Assembly (NCBI RefSeq): GCF_004010195.1
Contig: NC_057718.1
Location: 4,028,856-4,085,487 of the forward strand
DNA from: Chiloscyllium plagiosum
Lineage: Eukaryota
DNA length: 56,632 nucleotides
Direction: 5' to 3'
The notes beneath the pieces were generated by a model. The model made no database searches and was not told the origin of the DNA. It worked only from the letters and a program-made list of their open reading frames with translations. Shown here piece by piece: positions 12,088-25,600 of the stretch (position 1 is its first letter; each line of letters starts with the position of its first letter). The position numbers were made by a program, and so were the translations under genes.

Positions 12088-13581
12088 ATCCCTGCCATTC
12101 TAAAATGCCTTAAATAAATCTGCAATTGGTTCAACCCCTAGTCCAAAGTATGTTTGTTTTGTTCAGCGCAGTTACATGAGACACTGAAGTCAGTCTTCTC
12201 AAATCAGCTCATTGATTCCCTGCTAATGACAAAACCCAAGGCAGGCAAGGGTCTCATATGACGAAGATGAGTCCATATGAATCTTTAGTGGGAAAGCATG
12301 TGAACGAGGTTCGGGAGTTCAGAATCCGGGTGTTCTTGGTCACCAGGGCAGTTTAATTTTGTTGAGTTTAACAAGGGAGAACCTCCTGCTAAGTTTGGGG
12401 AGGAATCTAAGTTAAATAAAATAGGGAGGTCTCTCTGGCTTCTGCTCAGCTCACATCCTGAGAGACAATGCTGCTGGTGAGTGGGCTCATGGGGTGACCA
12501 GATTCCTAGGCTTTCAAAGGGACTGTCTCAGTTTCTCAAACTCTGCTGAGTTCCTGATAATTTCCCGAAAATAGTTCAAATAGCTCAGTTCTCATCTTTT
12601 CCCTAGCTGAGAATGTAATCTGGGTCTTAGGAGAGAGTCAGTCTGACGTAATTGTTTTTTTCCCTGGAAGCCCCCATTACTTCACCTAGCGCAGTGAATC
12701 CTATATCCTTGGAAGAGGCTTGACAGTAAGGTACAACTTTTTCAAGGTCAACATCATGTATCTCCTCTGCCAATACTCAGCCTCTCTCCTCGGCCTTCAC
12801 CTCACCCCTGCCAGAGAAAGTAGGAGCAGGAAGAGGCCATTCAGCCCTTCGAGCCTACTCTGCCATTCAATATGAAGATGGCTAATTATCTAACTCACTA
12901 TCCTGTTCTTGTTTTCTCTTCCCCCAAGCTTTTTGATCTCTTTAGCCCTAAGAAATATGTCTAACTCCTTCTTGAAAATAGTTAATGTTTTAGTTTCAAC
13001 CACTTCCTGTGATAGAGAGTTCCACTGGCTTCCCAATCGCTGGGTGAAGACATTTCTTGTTATCTCAGTCCTAAATTGCCTACTCCATATCCTTGGACTG
13101 TGAGCCCTCGTTCTGGACTCCAAAGGAGCTGTCTTTAGCACCGAAGGCCCCTTTGTGGATGACCTTTTAGAAACAAAGTGTAAGAGAAGGTCACCAACTC
13201 CAGCTGGAGATAGTCCGGAAAGTGTCATCATGTGACTATTACCCCCGCCACCCTCATTCCCCACCCACCCCAATTTCAATGCTCAACCTTGAGACTCCTC
13301 CCACTGGTCACCCAATGTGTTAATCTTCAGCGATGCCCCTCTTTCCCATGCCTGTTAAACTCATCTTGGTTTCTAACTTAAAAATCTGGTCACCTTATGG
13401 ACTCACTGCCCAGAGACTTCAATCTGTCAGGAAGCTGCATCCTGGAAATTCAGGAATAGTTATCAAGCAGAAATATCAATAAGCGATTGTGATGACCCAT
13501 TATCCCTGTTGCTGCTGATTTTGGAGTTAATGGTAGCAAACACTGCTCCTCGTCACTTGCAGAAGAATTGATTTCTCTTCT

Positions 13582-13698
13582 CTATGTATGTTTAATGGTA
13601 GCGTACTCAGTTGTCTCCTCAGTCATCACCATAACTTGTCCTGTGGTTTTCTTTCGGAAGAAATGGATATCAGCGTAATACAGCTCCCCTTCCTCCAA
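13582..13698 (-). CDS. Terminal coding exon with ITIM-like and ITSM motifs ([14 protein letters not shown]...[11 protein letters not shown])
   Basis: tcttccattgtgtttcag|TTG, phase 0. Contains LxYxxI and TxYxxI motifs and ends at TAG. Confidence 0.85.
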   Translation of the reverse strand: MEEGELYYADIHFFRKKTTGQVMVMTEETTEYATIKHT

Positions 13699-16600
13699 CT
13701 GAAACACAATGGAAGATACAGAATTTTTACTACAGCTAGTATCAAGCCCCTTCTGCACCCACTCTCCGCACATACTGCACCAGAGAACAAACTCTTCAAC
13801 CGCTCATCAGGGACAAAGTCTGGATCCGATCGTTGGATGTGAAGGTCCCAACAGGCTTTCAACTAAAGGTACAGGCCCTTTGAACAGCTCCAGAAGCTTC
13901 TCTTTGATGAACCCACAGCCCTTCCTCCTAGCAGAAACAGTGCCAGCTGGGGTACTGAAATGGGGGAAGGGCAGTTCAAATAATCATTTTGCCGGTAAAG
14001 GAACCTGCGTATTGCTAATTAAAGATCATTTTAACAAAGTTTCATGTTCAAATGCACTCATAAGGATATTCCATAAGAATACAAATAATACCATCCAATA
14101 TTAAAACTACAGGAGAGGAGCGTGCTGAACTCTGATTGTTAGAAGGGTTGTCATGGAGAGTATATCCAATGGTGCTGTTTGACAGTTAACTGCCAGGCTT
14201 TGTTAAATTTAAAACCAATCAGGTTGAAGCTGACTGGTCAATGAACCAGCATGCATGTCACATATCTTGCTAATTTGAATCAAATACAGAATAAGGGCAT
14301 CCTTTTGGCTTCAAAGAACAAGGTCCTGTGTATCGATATGCATAGCTTTCTGTAAAGGCAAGTACAGCACACTACAGGCCTGGTGAACTGGGCTGTCAGT
14401 GAAATTCCTCACATATTCTGGATTATCCAGCAAATAGTGTCCAACATGAACATTAACATCTACCATCAGACAAGATTCTGCAATGGGGAGGCTCAGGAGA
14501 GCTCTCAGCTGTCCTCCACAGATGCATTGTAGGTGGCTTGCCCAAATACTGATAAAAGACACTAGCTGGAGGGCAAACTGAGGGTGAGGGTAAACTGAAG
14601 ATGAGGGTGACTGTGCAGGAGGTTCCATTCAGGGAGCTCGTGCAAGTAAGGAGTCAGCATAGGATAGAGAGGCAATCACTGCATGAAGAAGAGACGAAGG
14701 ATTTCAGATTTTTCCATCATACTGGTCAAAGTTTTTTCCATTTTCAGATCACATGACATAGGAGCAAAAGTAGACCATTCTGCCCATCAAGTCTGTTCTG
14801 CCATTCAATGAGATCATGGCTGATTTAATAATTCTCAGTTCCACTTTCCTGCCTTTTCCCTCATAATCCTTGATTCCCTTCCTTAGTAAAAGTCACTTGT
14901 ATAGTTTAAACTTCGGTTTTCCAAACCATAGACAACACAAATCAAATCCGAGAGCCTGACCTCATAAGCCATGAGAAAACACACTCCAATTGCTAAGACA
15001 TTGGCTGCAATCTGTGGCTGAGGCTGTCTGTACCTGCAGACTGATTATAAACTATTTCACAGAAACAGAACCGTTTCCATCAAAACCGAGCATGTTTGGT
15101 TCGGCACTCAGTGCTAGTTTGCTCCACACACAGCTCACCACCACTTTCCCGTGGCATTGGATAATAAATGCTGAGCTAACCCATGAATCTCCAATCATGT
15201 GAAGGAATAAAGAAAAAACATTGATAAAGGGAACATTTCAAACCCCTCCCAACAGGGTGCCCAATAAGGTGGAACCAAACAACAGAAGAAGAGAGCAGGG
15301 ATGGAGGAGAAAGCAACCTTGACAAACCTTTGACAGAGTTACCTCAGAGTTAAGGGAGAATTCAGAGACCTTGCTCTGCTCTATAAGGGAATGATTCTGA
15401 AAGAGTTAATGTTGCAATGGCACTAAGCTCCACCCAATCTCATTTGTCACACATTCTTGGATAGAAAATATTAGTCTTGAATGAGATCCCAGTTGAGTCA
15501 CACTTAGTTCCAGACTACTTGAAGATGGTCAGTGTAACTTGTACCAATTGCTATCATGTAATAAACTATCTTTCCTTGTTTAAGACAAGGCCCTCTTCAA
15601 GTTTAGAACCTGTAGCACTTATGATTAGACAAGCCTTTAAACACAGCATAGCAAACAAGATTATGAAGAGAGGTTGGATTGATTAGGACAATATTGCTGG
15701 AGTTTCATAGAATGAGAGGTTTGTCATAGAAACTTTTAATATTTTGATTGGACAAGATGCAGGAAGGATGTCCCCAATAACCTGGGAATCCAAATCAAGA
15801 ATCACAGTCAAAGAAGATAGGGTAAACCATTCAGAACTGAGGTGAGGAGAAATGTCTTCACCCACAGAGTTGGGAGCCTGTGGAGTTCTCTAACACAGAG
15901 AGTGGTTGAAGCCAAAACATTACATATTTTGAAGGAGATAAACATAGGTCTAAAGGGATCAAATGGTATGGAGGGATGGGAAAACAAGAGAACAGGCGAT
16001 TGAGTTGGATGTTCAGTCATGATAATCTTGAATAGCACAGCAGGCTCAAAGGGCTGAATGGCCTACTCTGGCTCCAAATTTCTATGCGTCTATGATTGAA
16101 GACAGTGATCAAGCTCAACCATCGAAATTCAAAATATTACAGATCCTTGATCAGAATTGGAGCATTTTATCGTTCCATTCAGAATGACTTCCTGATGATT
16201 TGAAGCAACCATCTTTCCAGCGAGGTTTTTGTGGCTCAGCAGATCACTGAGTAACTCTTACAGAGTCTGGCTGGTAGGACCTGGGGTACTCCAACCAGCT
16301 CCACAGGAGTGGGGAGGAGGCTCAGGTTTAAATGGAGCTGGTGGGTCACAATCAAGGCAGGGGTAGCACCTGACACTAGAAAGGTCACATGACCAGAGAA
16401 TACAGCCAGTCACAATACACCTTTCCAACTTGTTCTCCCTCTCTCAAGGTTTATCCAGAATCAGGAGCCATGAGATTACAACTGGAGTTAGAGGTTGCTC
16501 AGGGATAATGTCAGCAAACAATTCCACAGAGGTTAGTAGAATGGGAATCTGGAATTATTCATCTACAAAAAGTAAAGCAGGAAGTCCATGGCACATTTGA

Positions 16601-19600
16601 AAATGGACACTGATCTTTGTTTTGTGTTAGACAAGATCAAGGCAGCTAAATACAATTCTCATACAGGTCAGCCATAATCTCTTTGAATGGACCAACAATC
16701 CAAAGGCTTGAATTCGACATGATCATGGCTGATCATCCAGCTCTGTCCCCCGTTCCTGCTTCCTCCCCATAGCCTTTGATCACTTCAGCCTGAAGAACGA
16801 GATCTATCTCCTTCTGGATAATATTCAATGTTGTGGCCTTAACCACTTTTCATTATCCTATGTTACCCCATTCTGAATAATTAATGCACAAGATACTTGT
16901 TAAACCTCAGTTGGAGTATTGAGTACAGTTGTGGGTGTCACATTAAAGGAAAGATGTGAATGCAATGGAGAGAGAGCATACAGAAGTGATTTACAAGAAC
17001 AGTTTCAGGGATGAGAAACTTCAGCAATCAGGACAGTTTGAAGAAGTTGAGACAATTCCGAAATCTGGTAGAGGATTTCAAAATCATGAACGGGTTGGAC
17101 AGAGCAGATAAGGAGAAGCTGTTTCTGCTCATAAAAAAATCACAAATAAGAGGGCATAGATTGAAAGTGATTTGGAAGTAAAGCAAGGGTCATGAGAGAA
17201 AAAAACTTTTTCATACAATGCGTGACCAGGATGTTGAATGCACTGCCTGGAAATGTGATGGAAGCAGGTTCAATTGAGGCACTTAGAGAGGTATTGGATA
17301 GTTATTTGAGATAATGTGAAAAGGTATGGTTAGAAAGCTGATCAGCACTTGGTAGTGACGCATGTTTGAAGAGCTGGAGCAAGCTCAATGGGCCAAATGC
17401 CCCCTTTCTGCACCATAACAATTCTGTAATCCTGTGATGTGTGCTTCGATCCAAGCTGTCGCAGGTTAAATAGTAACTCAGTGCGATTACTGGAATACGT
17501 GCACACACTGTTTCCCTGTAAAAGTGGTTCCTTCACAACATCACAACTAACATCGAAAAGAATGAAGGCAAACCAAACAGGGTTACAGAGAGGGAACTGT
17601 AATGGATGGTAACAGGATGATAACTGTTTATGTTCAATACTTACTGGAGTAGGGGCCTGTTCGTTTTTCTGCACTTTTTCTGAAATAAAATAAGAATTTC
17701 CAAGTTTATTTTCACTGTCATTTCTGGCTGATTATAACAGGATTGTTGACAAAAATATTGAGTTATACTGAATGTCTGATGATTAGCTATACATTCGGAT
17801 GGTCCATACTAAGGGACTGCAGCACTGTCAGGGGGACAGTGCTGAGGGACTACTGTACTGTCAGAAGATCAGTACTGAGGCAGTGCTGCACTGTCAGAAG
17901 GTCAGCGCTTAGGGAGTGCTGCACAGTCGGAGGGTCAACACTGAGCGAGTTCTGCACTGTCAGAGGGTTAGTACTGAGGAAGTGCCGCACAGACAGAGGG
18001 TCAGTATTGGGGGGGGTGCACTGTTGGAGGGCCAGTACTGAGGGAGTGCCGCACTGACAGAGGGTCAGTACTGAGGAAGCATTGTTCTGTCGAAAAGTCA
18101 GTACTGAGGGAGTGCTGCACTGTAGGAGGGTCAATGCTGAGGGAGTGCTGCACTGTCAGAGGGTCAGTGCTGTGGGAATGCTGCACTGTCAAAGGGTCAG
18201 TACTGAGGGAGTGCTGCACTGTCAAAGGGTCGTGCTGAGGGAGTGCTGCACTGTCAGAGGGTCAGTACTAAGGGAGTGCTGCACTGTTGGGAGAGCCACT
18301 TGAGAAGGAATGGTCTTCCCCTTCCTTCTGTGCTCCAGTTTTGCTCGGTCCCTCATCCTTGACCCTAACAAATGATTGAGGAGAAAGTGAGGTCTGCAGA
18401 TGCTGGAGATCAGAGATGGACTTGCTGCGCTTTTCCAGCAACACATTTCCATCCCTAACAAATGATTGGCTGCAGGTGCTGAAGCTGACTTGTTTCACTG
18501 ATGACTTCCATCCCAGTCTCAGGGTTAGGCATATCCCTGTGGCCTGATAGAGGGAGCGTATCTCTACGGCTGTCTGTCTGATGTCTTCAAGCTGAGTGCT
18601 TGAAAATAACATTGGGCAGAAAAACCATCTTACTGATATTTCATAATTAATATTAAGCAATCAATATCACCTGGAATGATCATTACTGTGGATTTGAATT
18701 TGTTTTCTTACCACTGACTGTTGCATAGACCGTATTAAGCTCTTCTTCAGAGGTCCTGTTTGATATGGTGCAGAAATATAAAGTCAATGATTTAATATCG
18801 GGACTGCAGAAGTAGAAAAGAATGTCAAAGTGATGGAGAATGTCCGTTATTCTGTCAAATAAACCTTGCACATGTTGGAAGGTGCCAACTGGTGCCTACT
18901 TCTCCCATCATGATAGGTTTAGGTTTAACAAACCAAAGCTGTTCCCATTGGCTGATGGAACAAGGACTGGCAGGTGCATATTGAAGGATTTGGATGAGAA
19001 AAGCAGAGCGGATCTGAGGAAGATCTCTGTAACCAGGGGTGGGAATGACCAGAACACTGGTGCCTGTGAGGAGAGTGGAAGGGGAGAGAATGAATGATTT
19101 CAAAAAGAGATTAGAAGGGCACTTGAGGGAAATGATCTTGCACAGTTATAGGACAGAGCAGGGAGGTACATTGATGAGATTGAGCCACATTGAGCTAGTA
19201 TGGATGTGATGGGAAGAATAGCCTACTTCTTTGCTGTAAATGACTTGAGAATGAAAGGATGTATTTGAGTGTGACCAACAAATTTCTTCAGATACACCAA
19301 AACTTAATGTTAGCAGCTGAGAGACTAAGCTACAGAGGACTGAGGTTTGTAAAGAAGAGGTGTTAGCAGTTCTGGAGAGTATGAAAATAGATAAGTCCCC
19401 TGCGCCAGTTGGGATATATCCTAGGATTCTCTGGGAAGCTAAGGAGGAGATTGTAGAATGTTTAGCTTTGGTCTTTGTGTCATCATTGTCTACAGAAATA
19501 GTGCCAGAAGACTGGAGGCTAGCAAATATCCCCTTGTTCAAGAAGGGGAGTAGAGACAACCCTGGTAATTATAGTCCACTGGACCTTACTTCAGTTGTGG

Positions 19601-22600
19601 GTAAAGTGTTGGAAAGAATTGGAAAAGCTAGGATTTATAATCATCTAGAAAGGAATAAATTCATTAGGGATAGTCAACACAGTTTTGTGAAGGGTAGGTT
19701 GTGCCTCACAAACCTTATTGAGATCCTTGAGAAAGTGACCTAATATATGGATGAAGGTAAAGCGGTTGATGTGGGGTACATGGATTTCAGTAAAGTGTTT
19801 GATAAGGTTCCACATGGTAGGCTATTGCAGAAAATATGGAGGCATGGGATTCAGGGTGTTTAGCGATTTGGATCAGAAATTAGCTAGCTGAAAGAAGACA
19901 GAGGGTGGTGGTTGATGGGAAATATTCATCCTGGAGTTCAGTTACTAGTGGGGTACTGCAAGGATCTGTTTTGGGGCCACTGCTGTTTGTCATTTTTATA
20001 AATAACCTGGATGAGGGTGGAGAAGGATGGGTTAGTAAATTTGTGGATGACACTAAGGTCAGAGGAGTTGTGAATAGTGCCGAAGGATGTTGTCAGTTAC
20101 AGAGGGACATAGATAAGCTGCAGAGCTCATCTGAGAGTTCGCAAATGGAGTTTAATGTGGAAAAGTGTGAGGTGATTTGCTTTGGAAGTAGCAACAGGAA
20201 TACAGAGTACTGGGCTAATGGTAAGATTCTTGGTAGTGTAGATGAGCAGAGAGATCTCAGTGTCCGTGTACATAGATCCCTGAAAGTTGCTAGGGTTGAT
20301 AGGGTTGTTAAGAAGGCCTACGGTGTGTTAGTTCTTATTGGTAGTCACGAGTTTCAGCGTCATGAGGTCATGCTGCAGGTGTACAGAACTGTGTTGTGGC
20401 CGCATTTGGAATATTGCGTACAGTTCTGGTCCCCACTTTATAGGAAGGATGTGGAAGCTTTGGAAAGAGTTCAGAGGAGATTTACTTAGGTGTTGCCTGA
20501 TATGGAGGGATGAAATTATGAGGAAAGGCTGAGGGATTGAGGCTGTGTTCATTACAGGGAAGAAGGTTAAGATGTGACTTAATAGAGACAGATAAGATAA
20601 TCAGAGGTTAGATGGGGTGAATAGTGAGAGCCTTTTTCCTCAGATGGTGATGGCTAGCGTAAGGGGACATAGCTATAAATTGAGGGGTGATAGATATAGA
20701 ACAGGTGGAACTGTGTAGGTTAGATGGGTATCAGATTAATTTCACTGGTTGGCGCAACATCGAGGGCCAAAGGGCCTGTACTGCATTCTATGTTCTATGT
20801 CAAAGGTAGTTTCTTTACTCAGAGAGTAGTCCGGGCATGAAACGCACTGCCTGCAACAGTAGAAGACTGGCCAACTTTAAGAGCATTTAAATGGTCATTG
20901 GATAAACATATGGATGAAAATAGAAAGTGTAGGATAGATGGGCTTCAGATTGGTTTCACAGATTGGCACAGCAAGAGCTGAAGGGACTATATTGCGCTAT
21001 ACTGTTCCATGTTCTATGTTCTAACAGCCCAATTTCTGAAAGTTGAGTCAATGCTGGGATCAGTGTTGTTCAAGGGTGCCTTGTGGATGTGGTCAGGAAT
21101 ATAGATGGACTGCTTCATTCTGCAGTGACCTTTCTCCTGGTTGTTGCAATAATGTCATGAAGGAGCTCCTAGAAAGCACCATTTGTGCCGAAGGAGTCAT
21201 CATCCCAGACTGCCTTCACTTTCAGATAGCATCAGCACAATGGGCTGAATTAAAATTTCAGAAACAGCAGCGAATTGCTGGGCACTGTTCTGAATGTTGA
21301 TCAGAACAGGAGCTCCTGATCGACCAGTGTACAATGTCTAGGTCCATTAACACTATCAGCAACTTTGGCAAACTCATGATGGAGAAATAGTTTGGTGCAG
21401 TCTATCAAAAATTATAAATCAGAACTTACGTTCAAACATAACATTCACCAGTCACAACTCCCAAAAACCAAACATCAGGAATTAACAACACCTCCTTAAG
21501 AGTGGCTCCAACTGAAATCACAGCTCACCTCCTGTGACTGAGCTGAGAATAACAGTTTGTTACTTGGCCACTTGTGGTTATCATGCTCATTGTTTATTCC
21601 CATGGATTACAAATGTGTAAAATTCCTTCTTGTACATTGTCTGCACAAAAAAGTTACAGTGGTCTTAAATGGCACCTTGCAGATTGTAGAAGAACAAGGG
21701 CAGCTAATATATGGGAACACCTGCAAGTTCCCCTCCAAGCCACTCCCCATCCTGACTTGAAAATATATCACGGCTCCTTCAGTGTCGCTGGGTCAAAATT
21801 CTGGAATTCCCTCCCTTAGGGCATTGTGGGTCTATGTACAGCACGTGGTCTGCAGTGGCTCAAGAAGGCAGCTCATCACCACCTTCTCAAGGCAACTAGG
21901 GATGGAGCAATAAATGCTGGACCAGCCTGTGAGACCCACATCCTGTGAGTGAATAAAAATAATGCAGAAGAGAGGGTTCTAAAGATGGATAGAGAGGGCC
22001 GGGAAAGAGGGAAAAAAACTAATAGAGAAGTTGATGGTGAACTCCAGAAATCATAGACACATGTTTTGAAATTCAAAACTCTAATAGCCATCTGAAAAAT
22101 TGCAGCGCATCATAGGTCTGGATAAGTTTATATTCATTAGGCTTCTGTAAGTGGGAAAATGTCTTTGACACCGTTGCCAAAGTGCTGATGTCATCCATGT
22201 ACCCATCAATATTTAATTCAAGATTAGAATCCGGTGAGATAGGGAATGCGATTGTATTTACCCTTCTGGTTTTGATCGGAATTGAAAACAGGCCCATTTC
22301 TTCATGTAAAGAAGTACGATGAGAAAGATGCAGAGTAAGAGAACAAATGCCAGGGTGGTGCCAATGATGATCATTAATAACCAATTTCCAGATTGTTCTG
22401 TAAAATACCAAAATCAAGGTTTAATATAACATCAGCAACACAAATCAAGTTAGCCAGTAGATATCCGTCCTTTGGAACAGCCAGTTTCATACAGGAGTGA
22501 TGGAAAAGCAGAGCTCTCTCTCAGGCACCGTATGTGGATAGGACTGCCCTGAGGGATGTACTACATGTGGGGCGTGTACAGAAGGAGGACAACACTAAGA

Positions 22601-25600
22601 AACAGACAGGACAAAAAAACTGCTGTTGGTGACTACTGCCTTTCAAAGGAAATGTTACATTTGTTATGGACCAGGCCAGGCCTCTTCAAAATATTTCAAG
22701 AAAGTAGCCTAGACCCTAACTTTTCTCGTTGTTTTAAGCAGGTGGAAAGTGGACATACCAGGAGTGATGCAGCTGCCCAATCATTCAGTTTTAAACAAAA
22801 CAGCATTTATTCATACACAAACACAAGAAAACAGAATTTTGAATAATATAACTATTTGAAACCCGAATTGACTCTATCGCAACAGAATGATGCTGTTCTG
22901 AATACCAGCAACATTCCCATAAATACTCCTTGGCAGAAAGGTAATTTCATAGAACATAGAACAGTTCAGCATAGTACAGGCCCTTCGGCCCTCGACATTG
23001 TGTTGGCCTTTATCTATTTAAGGTCAGACTAACCCACATACACTTCATTCCATGTACTACCTTACATGTGCCTGTCCAAGTGTCGCTTAAATATCCCTAA
23101 TGTCGCTGACTTACTACCACTGTTGGTAGTGCATTCCATGTACCTGCCATGCTCTTTGTAAAGAACCTACCTCTGATATCTCCCCTAAACCTTTTCCCAA
23201 TTACCTTGAAATTATGCCCCTTCATGATAAACATTTATGCAATGGGAAATAGTATCTGGCTATCCACTCTATCTATGCCTCTCAACATCTTGTACGCCTC
23301 TGTCAAGTCACCTCTCATCCTTCTTCACTCCAATGAGAAAATCCCTAGCTTCCTCAACCTCTCTTCATAAGACAAGCCCTCCAGTCCAGGCAGCATCCTG
23401 GTAAATCTCCTCTGCACCCTCTCAAAAGTTTCCACATCCTTTCTATACTGAGATGACCAGTACTGAGCACAATATTCCAACTCAGGTTCTTACAGGAGAG
23501 ATGTAAGAGAGAGGGGATCAACATGGAACTGTTTCTTTTGGTCCAGCAGCCTCTCTGGGTTCCCAGCTAAAACCTGACCAGTAGCTGCAAATAAAATAGC
23601 CAGACTGCTGAACCCAAACCAAACCCTGAACTGAGAGAACGGGCCACTCCCCTTTCATTGTTCATGTGTTCTTAAAAAAACACTTAAAAGCTCCTTCAAG
23701 TAACTAAACCCAGACATATCTGTCTTAATGACCCCTCTGAAAAAAACCCAAAGACAACATAAACTTGTTAAAGGAGCAGCGTTATCATACATTTTAATTC
23801 CTGTTAATTTCCCTAAACCTAATATTTATCCACTAGGCTGCATCATACAGTGCAGTTGTAATCTGGAGCAGAAAATCAAAATTCTCAATTTTGCTATTTC
23901 TCTCTTTTGCACTGAAGCAGCAAGACGATTGGTGTGACATTGGTGACAGGAGGCAGGTGAACCAATGAAAAGCTCATTGACCATGTCTGCTGTCTCTGAA
24001 AGGTCCTGTGCCCAGATTGAACTTGTGCTATCACAATCTTTGGAATGTTATCGATTATTAAAAGCTGAATCGACACGAGTATAGTACGTTTTGTTGAATA
24101 ATACAGGAATGCCAATGCACAAAATAGAAACAAGGGTAGGCCATTCACTAATACAACAGCTGATTTGTTTGTGATTCAAATTCCACGTTTCTATCTATTC
24201 CTGATAACATAAAATTCCCTGCCTCATAAGAATCTATCCTCCTCTGCCTTAAAGAAATTTCAGTGACCCCCACATCCACTGCATTCCAGGCAAAGAGTTC
24301 CAAAGTCACACAATGGTCGGAGGGAACTGTGCTCCTCCCCCCATCTCTGCCCTAAGAGGGCAATAGTTAATTTTACTTCAATGCCTCCTAGATCTTGACT
24401 CAGCCACAAAAGGAAACATCCTTTCCACATCCACCTTGTCAAGATCATTCAGAACCTTATGCTCTTTAATTAAATCCCCCTCACTTTCTAAACTCTGTGG
24501 AAACAAAAGCAAAAATTTTACATACACTGGATATCTGACAAATAACAGAGTATGCTGGAGAAACTCAGCAGGTCTGGCAGCATCGTTGGACAGAGATACA
24601 GAGTTAATGTTTTGGTCCAGGAACCCTTCTGTAGAATGAAGAAAGAGTCATGTTGGACTCAAAACATTGACTCTGTTTTTCTCTCCACCGACGCTGCCAG
24701 ACCTGCTGAGTTTCTCCAGGATTTCAAGTGGAAAAAAATCCACTTTTTTTAGTCCTTTGTCATAAAATAGCCAATCTATTCTTGAGGTCAGCCGAGTAAG
24801 CCATCTCTTAACCACCTCCAATACATTTATTTTCTTATATGAGGAGACCAGAACACACACAGTATTCAAGATGTTCTGGTCACCGTGTTATAGGAAGGAT
24901 ATTATCAAGCTGGAGAGGATTCAGAAAAGATTTACGAGGGTGTTGCTGGGAATGGCAGGTTTGATTTATAAAGAGAGACCAAATAGGCCGAGACTTTTTT
25001 TCACTAGAGCCTCGGAGATTGAGGGGTGACCTTATAGAGATTTATAAAATCGTGAGGGCAAGGATAAGGTGAATGACAGGTGTCTTTTCCCTAAGGTGGG
25101 GGATTTCAAGACCTGGCAGCACATTTTTAAGGTGAAAGGAGGAATATTCAAATCGGATATGAGGGGCAAATTCTTTACACAGAAAAGGATGAGTGTGGAA
25201 TGAACTTCCAGAGGAAGTGATGACTACGGATACAATTGCAACATTTCAAAGATATTTGTATTAGTACATGAATAAGAAACATTTGTTTTTTTAAATCTTT
25301 ATTCGATTTCACCACCAGGAAGAAAGGAAACACCCGAGTGGCCAGTGACGAGCAGAGCCCTTCACGTCGAAGGGCAATGCTGTGTGATCAAACAGTGAAG
25401 GGGAGGGCAGGGATTAAATCAAAATAGAGTTGGAGGGGGAAATAATACACTCCATTCCCTACGGTGCCCACCTCTCCCTGAACAACCCCAGGGTGTTGGT
25501 CGACACCGCGTGCTCCTTCTCCAAGGACACCCAGGCTCTAACGTAACCGCGGAAGAGGGGCAGGCAGTCGGCCCTAACAACACCCTCCACAGCCCGCTGC

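Noticed and set aside
17805-18292. CRISPR-like array or Cys-rich repeat protein
   Set aside because: These are contiguous degenerate tandem units with no unique spacers, in eukaryotic context. The ORFs are by-products of the satellite.
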